Assembly: GCA_030591685.1 (NCBI GenBank)
Contig: JAUVAX010000014.1
Location: 1-57,368 of the forward strand
Direction of reading: 5' to 3'
From: Pseudobdellovibrionaceae bacterium
GTDB lineage: Bacteria > Bdellovibrionota > Bdellovibrionia > Bdellovibrionales > UBA1609
Length of the DNA: 57,368 nucleotides
In this document: piece after piece, positions 10,474 through 20,402 of the stretch
Layout: every line of letters begins with the position of its first letter
Position numbering within the stretch: the first letter of the stretch is position 1
Made by a program: the position numbers and the translations under genes
Notes under the pieces: model-generated
Seen by the model: the letters and a program-made list of their open reading frames with translations, nothing else
Databases searched by the model: none
What the model was told of the DNA's origin: nothing

Positions 10474-11379
10474 TTAAGGGTTTATTGACTCTGTGACCCG
10501 AAAGGTCACAGGTAAAGTTAATACTTTTGAGCCGTGTTTGATTTGAAACCAGGCTCTATATATATCGGCAGTTATTTTACCTCTATTAAAATGGCTGTAA
10601 TAGTAAGTACTCCCCTCAAAGGGCATTTCGGCATGCAGGTGCAGGTACTCAGTTGGGGTCTTTACATCTGATAGTTTGGCAATAATAGCATGCCCCCCCA
10701 TCATCATCCACTTTTGTAAATCCTTACCCACTATGTAATGACCCTCTTTATTGATCATAAAAACTTTTAAATAAAAGTTAAATAAATCACCACCCTGCCC
10801 TGGGGTGGTAGTGTAGTTAAATTCAATTTTATAAAAAGCCCCTTTTATTTCAGGTTGCATATTTTTACTAAAGTACTTGGTTATAACCCCGTTTTTAGTT
10901 TCATCTACAAGAACTGGTAAATCATTTTTTTCGCCCAAAACCTGTAACTCAAAGTGGACCGTTTGCATACCATGGAAACGTGATTTTACCTCTATGTTAA
11001 TGTCATAAAACCCTGGTTCAGATAGGCTGTTTATCGAATCAAAATTATCGGGGTATTGAGTGGGTAAATTGACCGCCACTTGAAAGGCCCCAAGACCTTC
11101 ATCATAAAAGGGGTGTACATGAGAAAAGTGCTGTAAGCCTCTCTTTAAAAATACCAGGTGACTCACCTTTTCATGCATCGCCTGAAAGTCTTTAACGGGC
11201 TCTAAAATTTGCGTGTCTTCGTTTTGAGCAAAAAATAGAAAATCTAAAACTACCGGCTCCCCGGCATTAATAGTCACTGTCCTGGATTCTTTACCATTAA
11301 CATACATAACCCCCTCTAAGGGGGCTGAAAAAACACGATACGAGTAAAAACAAATCACCAATATATATAGTAAGCGCAT
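10474..11379 (-). CDS. secreted His/Met-motif protein, putative heavy-metal binding
   Basis: Signal peptide; MHEK..HLV, HFSHVHP, WMMMGGHA and YLHLH in two similar halves. Confidence 0.6.
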   Translation of the reverse strand: MRLLYILVICFYSYRVFSAPLEGVMYVNGKESRTVTINAGEPVVLDFLFFAQNEDTQILEPVKDFQAMHEKVSHLVFLKRGLQHFSHVHPFYDEGLGAFQVAVNLPTQYPDNFDSINSLSEPGFYDINIEVKSRFHGMQTVHFELQVLGEKNDLPVLVDETKNGVITKYFSKNMQPEIKGAFYKIEFNYTTTPGQGGDLFNFYLKVFMINKEGHYIVGKDLQKWMMMGGHAIIAKLSDVKTPTEYLHLHAEMPFEGSTYYYSHFNRGKITADIYRAWFQIKHGSKVLTLPVTFRVTESINP

Positions 11380-11641
11380 TTTTAACCTCTCTTTTTTATT
11401 TATCTCATTTTTTATGGTCTAGCTTTTAAAAAATAATTTCACCATACATTGCCCTCGGGCTCAACGAAAAGAATCATAGATAAACATGCTCAAACTTAAA
11501 GCAAAAAAAAAGCATTTCTACCATAAGCGAGCGCGACTAAAGGCTAGCGTTTTTAAGAGTGTGAAAACTTTAAAATACTCAGCTCTATTTTTTTTTAAAA
11601 AACCTTTGCCCCATATATCGACTGCACGTAACATTTTTAGT

Positions 11642-12916
11642 ATGACTAAATACTATAAGTACCTCACCGTTTTACTCGTTATTTCCTTTCTCAACTCTAC
11701 GTCTATGCAGGGCACAGGCCAACCTATTCAAGAGCCTGATTTTGTTCAAAACGCCCCTTGCATCAATAACCAAAGTTACTCTTATTACGAGTGCAATAAT
11801 ATTGGGCTACAAAGTCAGATGAGTTTAAAGTCCTCAGGGATCACATCAAAAACGGGCAACGACATATGGGGGTGGACAGATCCACTGACCAATAAAGAGT
11901 ACGCCATTATGGGGCTGAACAACAAAACCTCCTTTGTTGACGTCACAGACCCTCAAAACCCTGTTCATATTGGTGATCTAACTACTCATACTTACTCTAG
12001 CCTTTGGAGAGATATTAAAGTTTATAATAACCACGCCTACATCGTGAGTGAAGCTTACAAGCATGGGCTGCAGATTTTTGACCTCACACTGTTACGCAAT
12101 CAATCCTCTACCCCTGCTGTGTTTCAAGAAACAGCTCATTACAATTTATTTGGCAGTGCGCATAATATTTTTATAAACGAGCACTCCTCTACGGCTTATG
12201 TTGTCGGCGCTAATAACTGTGATGCGGGCATGCATATGGTGGATCTCTCGAACCCCACTAGTCCAGAGTTTATTGGCTGTGTGGACAAATCTATATTTGA
12301 AGACGTTGATAGAAACAGAGCCCCTAAAATTTTGCACGGCGAGGATTACACTCATGACGTTCAATGCGTCATCTACAAGGGCCCAGACACACGATACACT
12401 GGCCAAGAGATCTGCATAGCCTCTAATGCAGACACTGTTAATATAGTTGATGTGACTGATAAAATGCACCCCACCCAGTTGTCTGTAAAAAACTATGCAA
12501 ATTTAGGCTATGTACACCAAGGTTGGCTTACAGAGGACCATAGATTTTTTGTTCTCGGCGATGAGCTTGATGAGCAGCGCTTTGGTCATAATACGAGAAC
12601 CCATATTTGGGATGTTTCAGATTTAAAAAACCCTACGCTTATTGGCACCTACACGGCCAACACTAAATCCATTGACCACAACATGTATGTGCACAATGGC
12701 TTAATATACCAAGCCAATTACTTAGCCGGGCTAAGGGTTTTGAGCACAAAAAATATCAGCCGTGGCCAGCTTAATGAAGTGGCTTTCTTTGACACCAACC
12801 CCAATGAAGATCGAGCTAAATTTGATGGCGTATGGAGCGTTTATCCCTTTTTTAAAAGCGGCAACCTTATACTCAGTGGGTTTAACGGTCGCCTTTATAT
12901 AGTGTCAGTTAATTAA
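11642..12916 (+). CDS. choice-of-anchor B / LVIVD-repeat beta-propeller protein
   Basis: GNDIWGWTD, WRDIKVY, HGLQIFDL, YTHDVQCV, YVHQGWLTED, GVWSVYPFF. Start moved to MTKYY, which restores a signal peptide. Confidence 0.8.
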   Translation: MTKYYKYLTVLLVISFLNSTSMQGTGQPIQEPDFVQNAPCINNQSYSYYECNNIGLQSQMSLKSSGITSKTGNDIWGWTDPLTNKEYAIMGLNNKTSFVDVTDPQNPVHIGDLTTHTYSSLWRDIKVYNNHAYIVSEAYKHGLQIFDLTLLRNQSSTPAVFQETAHYNLFGSAHNIFINEHSSTAYVVGANNCDAGMHMVDLSNPTSPEFIGCVDKSIFEDVDRNRAPKILHGEDYTHDVQCVIYKGPDTRYTGQEICIASNADTVNIVDVTDKMHPTQLSVKNYANLGYVHQGWLTEDHRFFVLGDELDEQRFGHNTRTHIWDVSDLKNPTLIGTYTANTKSIDHNMYVHNGLIYQANYLAGLRVLSTKNISRGQLNEVAFFDTNPNEDRAKFDGVWSVYPFFKSGNLILSGFNGRLYIVSVN

Positions 12917-12930
12917 CTACTCATATATAT

Positions 12931-13923
12931 TTAACCTACACCAATAACTTTTTTTATATTTTTTAATAAAGGCTTTGCCAGTTGGCGCGCTTTTTCGGCG
13001 CCAGACAGAAGTATTTTATCTAACTCGTCCGGGTGACTCATTAACTCATTATATTTTTGCCTATGAGGCAAAAAGTACTCTTGTAACTTTTCAAACAAAA
13101 CCTGTTTAGCTTCGCCCCACCCGATGCCTGATTCAAAATGGGCTTTGAGTTTTAAAACTTCGCTGTCTGTGGCAAACTCTTTATACAAATCAAAAATAGT
13201 TGAGTTTTTTATGTCTTTAGGGGCCTCAGGGGGTAGTGAGTCTGTTTTGATTTTCATTATTAATTTTCTAAATTTTTTATCTTCACAAAAAAGAGGGATT
13301 GTATTTTTATAACTCTTACTCATTTTTCGACCATCAAGTCCGGGGATCAATTTTTGACCACTTAAAATAGGCTTAGGCAATACAAGGGTGTCTCCATAGT
13401 TGTTATTAAATTTTTGAGCAATATCCCGAGCAAATTCCACATGCTGCGCTTGGTCTTCGCCCACGGGGACATCTGTAGCATTAAACATCAAAATATCAGC
13501 CGACATTAATACCGGGTAATTAAATAGCCCCATATTAACCCCAGAGTCTAAATCAGCCTTGCCGTCTTCTTTGTTTGTACTCTGCTTGGCCTTATAAGCA
13601 TGAGCTCGGTTCATAAACCCCTTGGGGGTAAAACAGGACAGTATCCAAGAGAGCTCAAAAATTTCAGGCACATCAGACTGCTTATATATAATAGTTTTTT
13701 GAGTATTTAAACCACAGGCCAACCAGCTGGCCGCCACATGGCGAGTCGCCTGTGACAGCTCACTGGCCTTATGCATAGATGTTAAACAATGGTAGTCGGC
13801 TATAAACAACAAGCTTTGAGCCTTCGTAGAATGGGCCAGTTTAAGGCCAGGCCTAATCGCCCCTAGGTAGTTGCCTAAGTGCACATCTCCAGTTGGTTTA
13901 ATACCTGTTAGTATGGTTTTCAT
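12931..13923 (-). CDS. trpS: tryptophan--tRNA ligase
   Basis: TGIKPTG.VHLGNY, YPVLMSADIL, VPVGEDQ.QH, KMSKS. Confidence 0.97.
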   Translation of the reverse strand: MKTILTGIKPTGDVHLGNYLGAIRPGLKLAHSTKAQSLLFIADYHCLTSMHKASELSQATRHVAASWLACGLNTQKTIIYKQSDVPEIFELSWILSCFTPKGFMNRAHAYKAKQSTNKEDGKADLDSGVNMGLFNYPVLMSADILMFNATDVPVGEDQAQHVEFARDIAQKFNNNYGDTLVLPKPILSGQKLIPGLDGRKMSKSYKNTIPLFCEDKKFRKLIMKIKTDSLPPEAPKDIKNSTIFDLYKEFATDSEVLKLKAHFESGIGWGEAKQVLFEKLQEYFLPHRQKYNELMSHPDELDKILLSGAEKARQLAKPLLKNIKKVIGVG

Positions 13924-14381
13924 TAAAGCCCCGAGTTATTGTTTTTTTATTAAATACTTTACCTTTTTTTATAATAGTTGGATTCGCCAGATTTGTTGAG
14001 TGCTCAAGTAAAATAACTCATGAAATCAATTTTTTAAACAATATTGTTTTAAAAAAAAATAACCTAAATACACATTATTTTTTTTAAAAAAACACCTCGT
14101 CAACAAAATTGATAATATTTTTTTTAAAAAAATATGCTTATTTTAAAAAATTAAATATAAAAAAATTCCTAAAATTATTTCAATGGCATTGTAAATGACC
14201 ACCTATATAAAATTTTAAATTTCACTTTTCACTTAAAATAACATCCCCTTATAGTTAAGATAACGTTAATGAATGCCTCTATCTACCTTAATTAACTAGA
14301 GTATTTCGGGTTTTCAAAATTTAATAAAAATTATTTTTTTGAAGATTTTTTTTATGCTCACAAAACAATCAAGTTCCAGTT

Positions 14382-14397
14382 TGGCACTCCAGTTGCA
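14382..14397 (+). promoter_or_regulatory. sigma-54 promoter
   Basis: TGGCAC-TCCAG-TTGCA, exact -24/-12 consensus, downstream of a long AT-rich region. Confidence 0.8.
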
Positions 14398-14446
14398 TTA
14401 TAAAACAAAAAATTAACACGAAGTTATGACAAGGGGCAGTAAGTTG

Positions 14447-17400
14447 ATGCTATCATTTTTAAAAAATCAAAAAATCACTAAGGGTATCTCCTCACTCATT
14501 CTCATGATTTTTTTAATGTCATTTATAAATTTAAACCCGTCCTTTGCTGCCGAAGAGAATGAAGGCGAAAACCTCATCCCAAAAGGTGATACGTATACAG
14601 ATATATTAACTCTTCAAAAGTCAAATATGAAGTTAGCGAAGGAGGAGATCATTAAAGGTTTACCCTTTATTAACTCTAATGATCTTACTCGAGATGCATT
14701 TATTTCTTTTAATTTAAAAGACTCTAGGTACAGTGAGGTTTTTTTAGAACTCACGAAAAGATTACATTATGAAATTCAAATTGAACCTAAAGAACTTAGT
14801 GAAAAGCGATTTATATTTGTCTTTAACCTCTCGCTAAGCCTTCTCTCACTCTCCATCGAAGACGGAAAACCGATCACTCCTGAAAATTTTATGAATTTAC
14901 TGCTCATGGAAGCCCCAGAAAACGCCCTGAACCCTAAAAACCAAAAAATTGCAGACCATTTAGAGGCTGTATATATTGAGTTTATAAACAAACACAAATA
15001 CATCCCCATGAATAATGCGGTGTTAAATATTTTAATATTAGCAAGAAACTTGGTTTTAACTCAAAATGAAGCCTACCCCTCTGTTGTTGAGGAGGCTAAT
15101 AAAGACCTCAAAGTCCCTGAAGTCCCATATAAGCTTGTTTCAGCAACTCCTGATTTTGAAAAACCAGACCTTAAAACATTAAAATCTACATTTGATCAAT
15201 CCTCTTATTTAAACTCTAGTAGTTTTAGTCAAGACACTCAGAATATTCAAAGAATTCGGGAGTACTTAGAAAAAACAGTGATTGAGCAACCCGAAGTTGT
15301 TGACTACCTAGTCAGTGTAGAAAGATCCAAAGCTCTTAGGCTGACAAGTGAACCCTTTGTTTATGCTACGATTGGGTTGCCAGGCAACGGCAAAGACACC
15401 ATTGCTGAGTCTTATGTGCAGGCTATGCACCCGACAGAAAAAGAAGAAGCTGTTGATAAATATCTCTACCGATTTACAATTGCAAAAGACAAGAGTGACC
15501 TTTGGAGCGAGCTAGGGTCTTCAACGGGCTTTGTGGGCTCTGACGAGGAAGCTAAATTTATCGCGTGGGCTGTAAGCAGGTCAGGTGGTAAGTACCTTCA
15601 ACAAGAAGTTCGGACTATGTCTGGGCCTTCTTTTAAGTATGTTAAAAACCCTCTTTGGAAGGGCGTGCCACTGCCCGGGACAACACCGCCAGATAAAGCG
15701 CTTGTTTTTATTAACGAGTTTCATAACTGGAGTTATCAGGTTAAAGATGAATTTTTAAAGCAATTTATCGAAAAGGGAGTTATTAATGTAAATAACGCCA
15801 ATGGCGGAGAAAAGACTCTTGAAATCCCCTTAACTGTACAAATTGCCTCTAATAACGGGATTGAAGCTATCGCTGATCGTTATATGGATGGTCGACCTCG
15901 AGGTAAAAGCCAAACATTTACTGAACTCTTCTCCAGATGGAAAACTGTTTATAAAAACAAGCGCCTTTTAAAGAGCCTTTTAATGAAAGGTTCTAATAAT
16001 GGCGGTGGCTCTGGGGCTGTAGGCGTCTCTTCAGCAGGGGGTTCAAGCAACACAGGAACCAGTGAAGAGGTCACGAACCGTATACAAAATATTTTTATGC
16101 TTAGACCATTATCACCAGAGGGTGTTCAAAGAATTTCTCAAATAGCTCTTCAGAAATTAGCTCAGTCGTATTTAAAAATTAAGCCCTCTATAGGGCCTAT
16201 AGAGCTCACTTGGTCTGAAAACGTACCCTTATTTATACAACAATATCAGTACAGCGCTGAAGACAACGCACGGCCGATTAAAAATAAAATCACAGAGCTC
16301 ATTCAGGCCACTATTGATGAGGTTATTTTTGAGCAAAAAATTAAAACAAGTATTGAGGGTCAAAAAATACATATTGATGTGACTGAAAATAAAGATGGTA
16401 CTTTTAGTATGACTCTTGATGCCGAAAATACACAAAATGAAAAGCAAACCATCACTGTACCCATTGAAGGCACTGGTGTAACTAAGTACAATGCCCCATT
16501 AACAAATGAAGAGGTGGATAAATTATCAAACCTCCGTGCTGAAATTGAAAAACATGTTGTTGGACTAGATCAAATACTTGATAAAGTGGTCGATGCTATT
16601 ATTGCTACCGAGCTTGATCGAAATATAAACCTAGATCGAGTGGGCGAAAAACCCCGCCCGGCCCCTGTTTTTGGGTTTTTTGGGCTGTCTTCAACAGGTA
16701 AAACAGAGCTCGGTAAAGTTATAGCTGAGGTTCTTACCGGGGCCCGAGAGAATGTCTGGGAGGTCGAAGCCAACCACCTTCAGACTGAGCACAAATGGGA
16801 AGAGTTCTTTGGCACTGAAAGTGAAGACCCTAACCATAGATCTAAATTTCAAAAAGAATATGACCGTAGAAACGGAAAGATGGTTGTCATATTAGATGAG
16901 TTAACAAATGTGAAAGATAAAAGCCTACTTCAAAAGCTTTACCCTTATTTAAGGGAGACTGAAGTTGCAGGGCGAAAGATGTCTAATATTACTTTTATTA
17001 TCACCGGTAATTCTGGCCAAGAGGTTCTAAGGGGTATCCCTGAAGGGGTCCCAGAGCAAGAGCGATTTGAGGCCGAGCAACAGATATTTAAAAAATTCAT
17101 AAATAACGAACGACTGCAGGAGCAAATCCTTAACAGGGACTTCCCTGAGCCTCTTGTAAAGCGTATTGGACTTGAGAGGGCGTTTTTCTTCCCACCGTTA
17201 AGTCATAAAGCCATCCGAGAGCTTTTTCAAATTAAAATTATTCAAGCACTTGATGTGACATTTTCGCCCCATCAAGAGCGACCCTGGTGGAATGTAAAAT
17301 TTAAAGATACTGAAAATTTTAAAATCTTATTAGATAAATTAGCCGACGAGGGATTTAGACAAAGTGGTCAGGGTGATAGCATTAATCGCTATGCAAATTT

Positions 17401-18646
17401 TCATTTTGGTAAGAATATCAAATCTTTGCTCGATACAAATCATGTAAAACATGGAGTTGAAGTGATTGTGTCTCTGGACGAAAAGCAAACGCTTAAATAT
17501 TCAGATCAAAGACCTGATGAAGACGGTAAAAATAAAAAAGGGATTTATTTAAAACTTGAGATCCCCAGTGAAAGTAAAACCCTCGGTTTATTTTTACCGG
17601 GCAAACCGTATGATCGTCCCCTCAAGCCATTAGATGTTGAAAGGGTTAAAACGGCCTACCATGAAGCTGGTCACGAAATCGTAGGCAAAGCCCTTACTGG
17701 CGACCTAACGGAGTCTACCCTTATATCTATTCGCCCCGGAGTCGCAGAGATTGACGGTAAGTACATTTACTATGGGGGAGTCAGAGGGCATGAAAAACTC
17801 GTAAATGCTCAGACGACTCGCGAAATGGCCCTGTCAATTATGGCCGGACTTTTAGGCGGCGAGGTTGCTGAAACCCTTGTGACTAAAAATGGGCGTCATA
17901 CAGACGGCAAGCACAATGATACCGAAAGAGCCACACACATTGCTAGAAAATCTATTTTAATGCTCGGTCTTTCAGAGGTCTTTGGCCGTGAAGCCAAATC
18001 GCCCGACGAAACTATAGAGCAAATGGAAGCTCGAATATTGGTAAGCCCCAAAGCTGAGATGTACCAACAAGAGCTCACACTTATGTTAAAAGAGTCGCGA
18101 CAAATGGCCGTTGAAGCCATACTCATTAACTGGGATATTTTTAGAAAACTTGGGCTTACAGTTGCTGAAAATTTAGAACTCAAAGAGGATGCCATAAAAG
18201 AATTTTATAAAAACCAAAAGCCTAAATTTTTAAATCACGATGAAGATAAATATATTCAAAAACAAGTTCATATTCGTAACAATGATTACTTTAGGTCCTC
18301 AACAGGCAAAGTGACTTTTTTAGATACCTTTGTTAATCGCCTTAGTCATAAGATTAAAGAAATGGCACAAACATTGTTTGGGAACGTTAAGGTCTCAAGC
18401 AAAATAACAGCAGCAGACATTAAGAGCCGAAAAGTTGAACTTTTAAGTCATCATTTGATGCCAAAAAAGTTGGCTGATGTAGACAAAATTATTGCTCAAG
18501 AAATCAATGACATAAGAAGGTCCGTACCTATACTAGAGGGCATACCTTTTGCTGAGACTAAAAAGTTAAGCACACCGGCTAAAGAAAAAAAGTATAGTGA
18601 TGTTGTAGGGGTTAAAACTCGCCTTTGTGCCGAGTTATTTAAATGA
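14447..18646 (+). CDS. signal-peptide protein with two Clp-like AAA+ modules and a C-terminal FtsH-type M41 metallopeptidase domain
   Basis: Walker A GLPGNGKDT and GLSSTGKTE; Walker B LVFINE and VVILDE; TAYHEAGH, LLGGEVAE, NDTERATHIAR. Start 14447 has an AAGGGG RBS (track start 14426). Confidence 0.8.
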   Translation: MLSFLKNQKITKGISSLILMIFLMSFINLNPSFAAEENEGENLIPKGDTYTDILTLQKSNMKLAKEEIIKGLPFINSNDLTRDAFISFNLKDSRYSEVFLELTKRLHYEIQIEPKELSEKRFIFVFNLSLSLLSLSIEDGKPITPENFMNLLLMEAPENALNPKNQKIADHLEAVYIEFINKHKYIPMNNAVLNILILARNLVLTQNEAYPSVVEEANKDLKVPEVPYKLVSATPDFEKPDLKTLKSTFDQSSYLNSSSFSQDTQNIQRIREYLEKTVIEQPEVVDYLVSVERSKALRLTSEPFVYATIGLPGNGKDTIAESYVQAMHPTEKEEAVDKYLYRFTIAKDKSDLWSELGSSTGFVGSDEEAKFIAWAVSRSGGKYLQQEVRTMSGPSFKYVKNPLWKGVPLPGTTPPDKALVFINEFHNWSYQVKDEFLKQFIEKGVINVNNANGGEKTLEIPLTVQIASNNGIEAIADRYMDGRPRGKSQTFTELFSRWKTVYKNKRLLKSLLMKGSNNGGGSGAVGVSSAGGSSNTGTSEEVTNRIQNIFMLRPLSPEGVQRISQIALQKLAQSYLKIKPSIGPIELTWSENVPLFIQQYQYSAEDNARPIKNKITELIQATIDEVIFEQKIKTSIEGQKIHIDVTENKDGTFSMTLDAENTQNEKQTITVPIEGTGVTKYNAPLTNEEVDKLSNLRAEIEKHVVGLDQILDKVVDAIIATELDRNINLDRVGEKPRPAPVFGFFGLSSTGKTELGKVIAEVLTGARENVWEVEANHLQTEHKWEEFFGTESEDPNHRSKFQKEYDRRNGKMVVILDELTNVKDKSLLQKLYPYLRETEVAGRKMSNITFIITGNSGQEVLRGIPEGVPEQERFEAEQQIFKKFINNERLQEQILNRDFPEPLVKRIGLERAFFFPPLSHKAIRELFQIKIIQALDVTFSPHQERPWWNVKFKDTENFKILLDKLADEGFRQSGQGDSINRYANFHFGKNIKSLLDTNHVKHGVEVIVSLDEKQTLKYSDQRPDEDGKNKKGIYLKLEIPSESKTLGLFLPGKPYDRPLKPLDVERVKTAYHEAGHEIVGKALTGDLTESTLISIRPGVAEIDGKYIYYGGVRGHEKLVNAQTTREMALSIMAGLLGGEVAETLVTKNGRHTDGKHNDTERATHIARKSILMLGLSEVFGREAKSPDETIEQMEARILVSPKAEMYQQELTLMLKESRQMAVEAILINWDIFRKLGLTVAENLELKEDAIKEFYKNQKPKFLNHDEDKYIQKQVHIRNNDYFRSSTGKVTFLDTFVNRLSHKIKEMAQTLFGNVKVSSKITAADIKSRKVELLSHHLMPKKLADVDKIIAQEINDIRRSVPILEGIPFAETKKLSTPAKEKKYSDVVGVKTRLCAELFK

Positions 18647-18848
18647 ATTTAAGTTTTTTGTAACTGGTAGATTATAAGCAAAAGCTGATTATTTTTAGTT
18701 CACAAAACTAACAAAAATCACCTTGAAAGTTTTTAAAAAAATTGAGGGGGTTAAAGCCTTCAAGCCATTACAAAAAAAATATGTTGCTCACTCAATAAAG
18801 CATCAGTGAGTCGCCAAGGGGTGGGAGTAAATCCTCTTTTATAGAGGG

Positions 18849-18884
18849 CAAAGCAAGGAGCTACACTCCTTGCTTTGTTTTTTT
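18849..18884 (+). terminator. intrinsic terminator
   Basis: caaagcaaggag-ctaca-ctccttgctttg followed by T7. Confidence 0.8.
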
Positions 18885-18910
18885 AAGACCCATATTTTTA
18901 AAGTTGCAAT

Positions 18911-20188
18911 TTATTGATCCCAATTGACAGCAAATACACCCGAATTTTTGGGGACTAAATAATAAAGACGTCCTTGGTTTTTCATAACACCTGCAAACTG
19001 CTTTGCTCTTCGGCCGCGACCAGAAAACAAGTCCACTCGCCCACCCCCTCTGATAGCCCCACCTGTATCTTGATCGATTACAAATCGAGAGGATTTAACC
19101 CAAAACTTAGGTTCAATTGATTTTTTGTTTTCAAATTGGGGTTTTTCAAATTCAAGGTAAGCTATTGCCCCTTTTGGAAACATCGACTTATCTGTGGCAA
19201 TGGTTCGCCCCTTAATAACCTCAGCCCCCATGGCTGTAATAGGCTTTGTATTTAATTTTCTGAAAAATACATAAGAGGGATTTTTATTTAACAGTTTCAA
19301 CATTTCATCTTTAGGTAAACTACGTAAGTGTCGCTCAATTTTTTGCATACTCATTTGCTCTTTAGGTATGATGTCCAATAAAAACTTACCTATGGCCACA
19401 TAAGGATGACCGTTTTGCCCCGCATATCCGACTCTAATGTGTTTACTTTTACCCTTAAATTTATTTTTAGAAAACACAACGGTCCCCGACCCTTGTATTT
19501 GTATAAAAAAAGCATCGACCGGGTCTACCCATGCCAATACCTCTGAGGTACTAGCCATAGGGCCGTTGTTATCTATAATGCCCTCTCTGTTATAATAGGG
19601 TAGTATTTTCGTTGAGTTTGCACCTTTAACTAAGCGACCCTTTAATTTATGTGTTTTTAAGTTATTTTCGACTATTATTTTTTTTATAGCCTCTAACTGT
19701 GGGAACTTTTGAGAAAAATCATTTAAATCCACAAAAACTAGATCTTTTGGGACTGTGTAAATTGGGTGCGAATGTTTTTTAGTTGGCTTTAATGACCCAC
19801 GAATGACGGGTTCATAATAAGATGTGATCATAACTTCGCCCCAATCATCACCACCATAGGCCTCGTAGAAATTAAAATTTTGCTTTAATACTCTTTGAAA
19901 ACCGTCAAAGTCCATACCCTCAGTTTTTTTTAATAATTTTTGAAGTTCTAACACGTATTCATTAACTGTTACTGTCTTAGGCCCAAATTGTAGAACCTTT
20001 TTTGTGTTATTTTTTGTTAAAAAATCTATGTTTTCTTGTAAGGAACTTCTTAAACTTTTATAGCTCAGGTCATCTGAGAGTACTGGCGTTTGCTCGGAGA
20101 GCCTCATTGAGTCGTAAACACTCTTTAAAGGAGCCCTTACGCATGAGCTTAAAAGTAATAACATTAGCAGTGTACTGTAGTGTTTCAT
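18911..20188 (-). CDS. mltA: membrane-bound lytic murein transglycosylase A (lipoprotein)
   Basis: Lipobox LSSC, TSYYEP, FFIQIQGSG, NPSYVFF, QDTGGAIRG..RVDLF. Confidence 0.93.
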   Translation of the reverse strand: MKHYSTLLMLLLLSSCVRAPLKSVYDSMRLSEQTPVLSDDLSYKSLRSSLQENIDFLTKNNTKKVLQFGPKTVTVNEYVLELQKLLKKTEGMDFDGFQRVLKQNFNFYEAYGGDDWGEVMITSYYEPVIRGSLKPTKKHSHPIYTVPKDLVFVDLNDFSQKFPQLEAIKKIIVENNLKTHKLKGRLVKGANSTKILPYYNREGIIDNNGPMASTSEVLAWVDPVDAFFIQIQGSGTVVFSKNKFKGKSKHIRVGYAGQNGHPYVAIGKFLLDIIPKEQMSMQKIERHLRSLPKDEMLKLLNKNPSYVFFRKLNTKPITAMGAEVIKGRTIATDKSMFPKGAIAYLEFEKPQFENKKSIEPKFWVKSSRFVIDQDTGGAIRGGGRVDLFSGRGRRAKQFAGVMKNQGRLYYLVPKNSGVFAVNWDQ

Positions 20189-20402
20189 ATAAAACTCAGT
20201 CTATCCCTTACTTATAAGTAAGGACAATATAAAACACCCCTAAGCTTGGCCTTAAGTCATTATATGAATGGTAAAAAAAATAATTTGTATTTTTAATTTT
20301 ATCATTGCGCCAAAAGTCTAGTGCCAAGAATTTCGTCTATAAATCTTCTATAAACTTTTTCATTGTATTGACCGGTTTTCATAAAATAATCATAATTAAA
20401 GT

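Noticed and set aside
18840..18860. c-di-GMP-I riboswitch (GGGCAAAG seen)
   Set aside because: The motif is part of the terminator stem; the P1b GAAA and GCAAAGC architecture is missing
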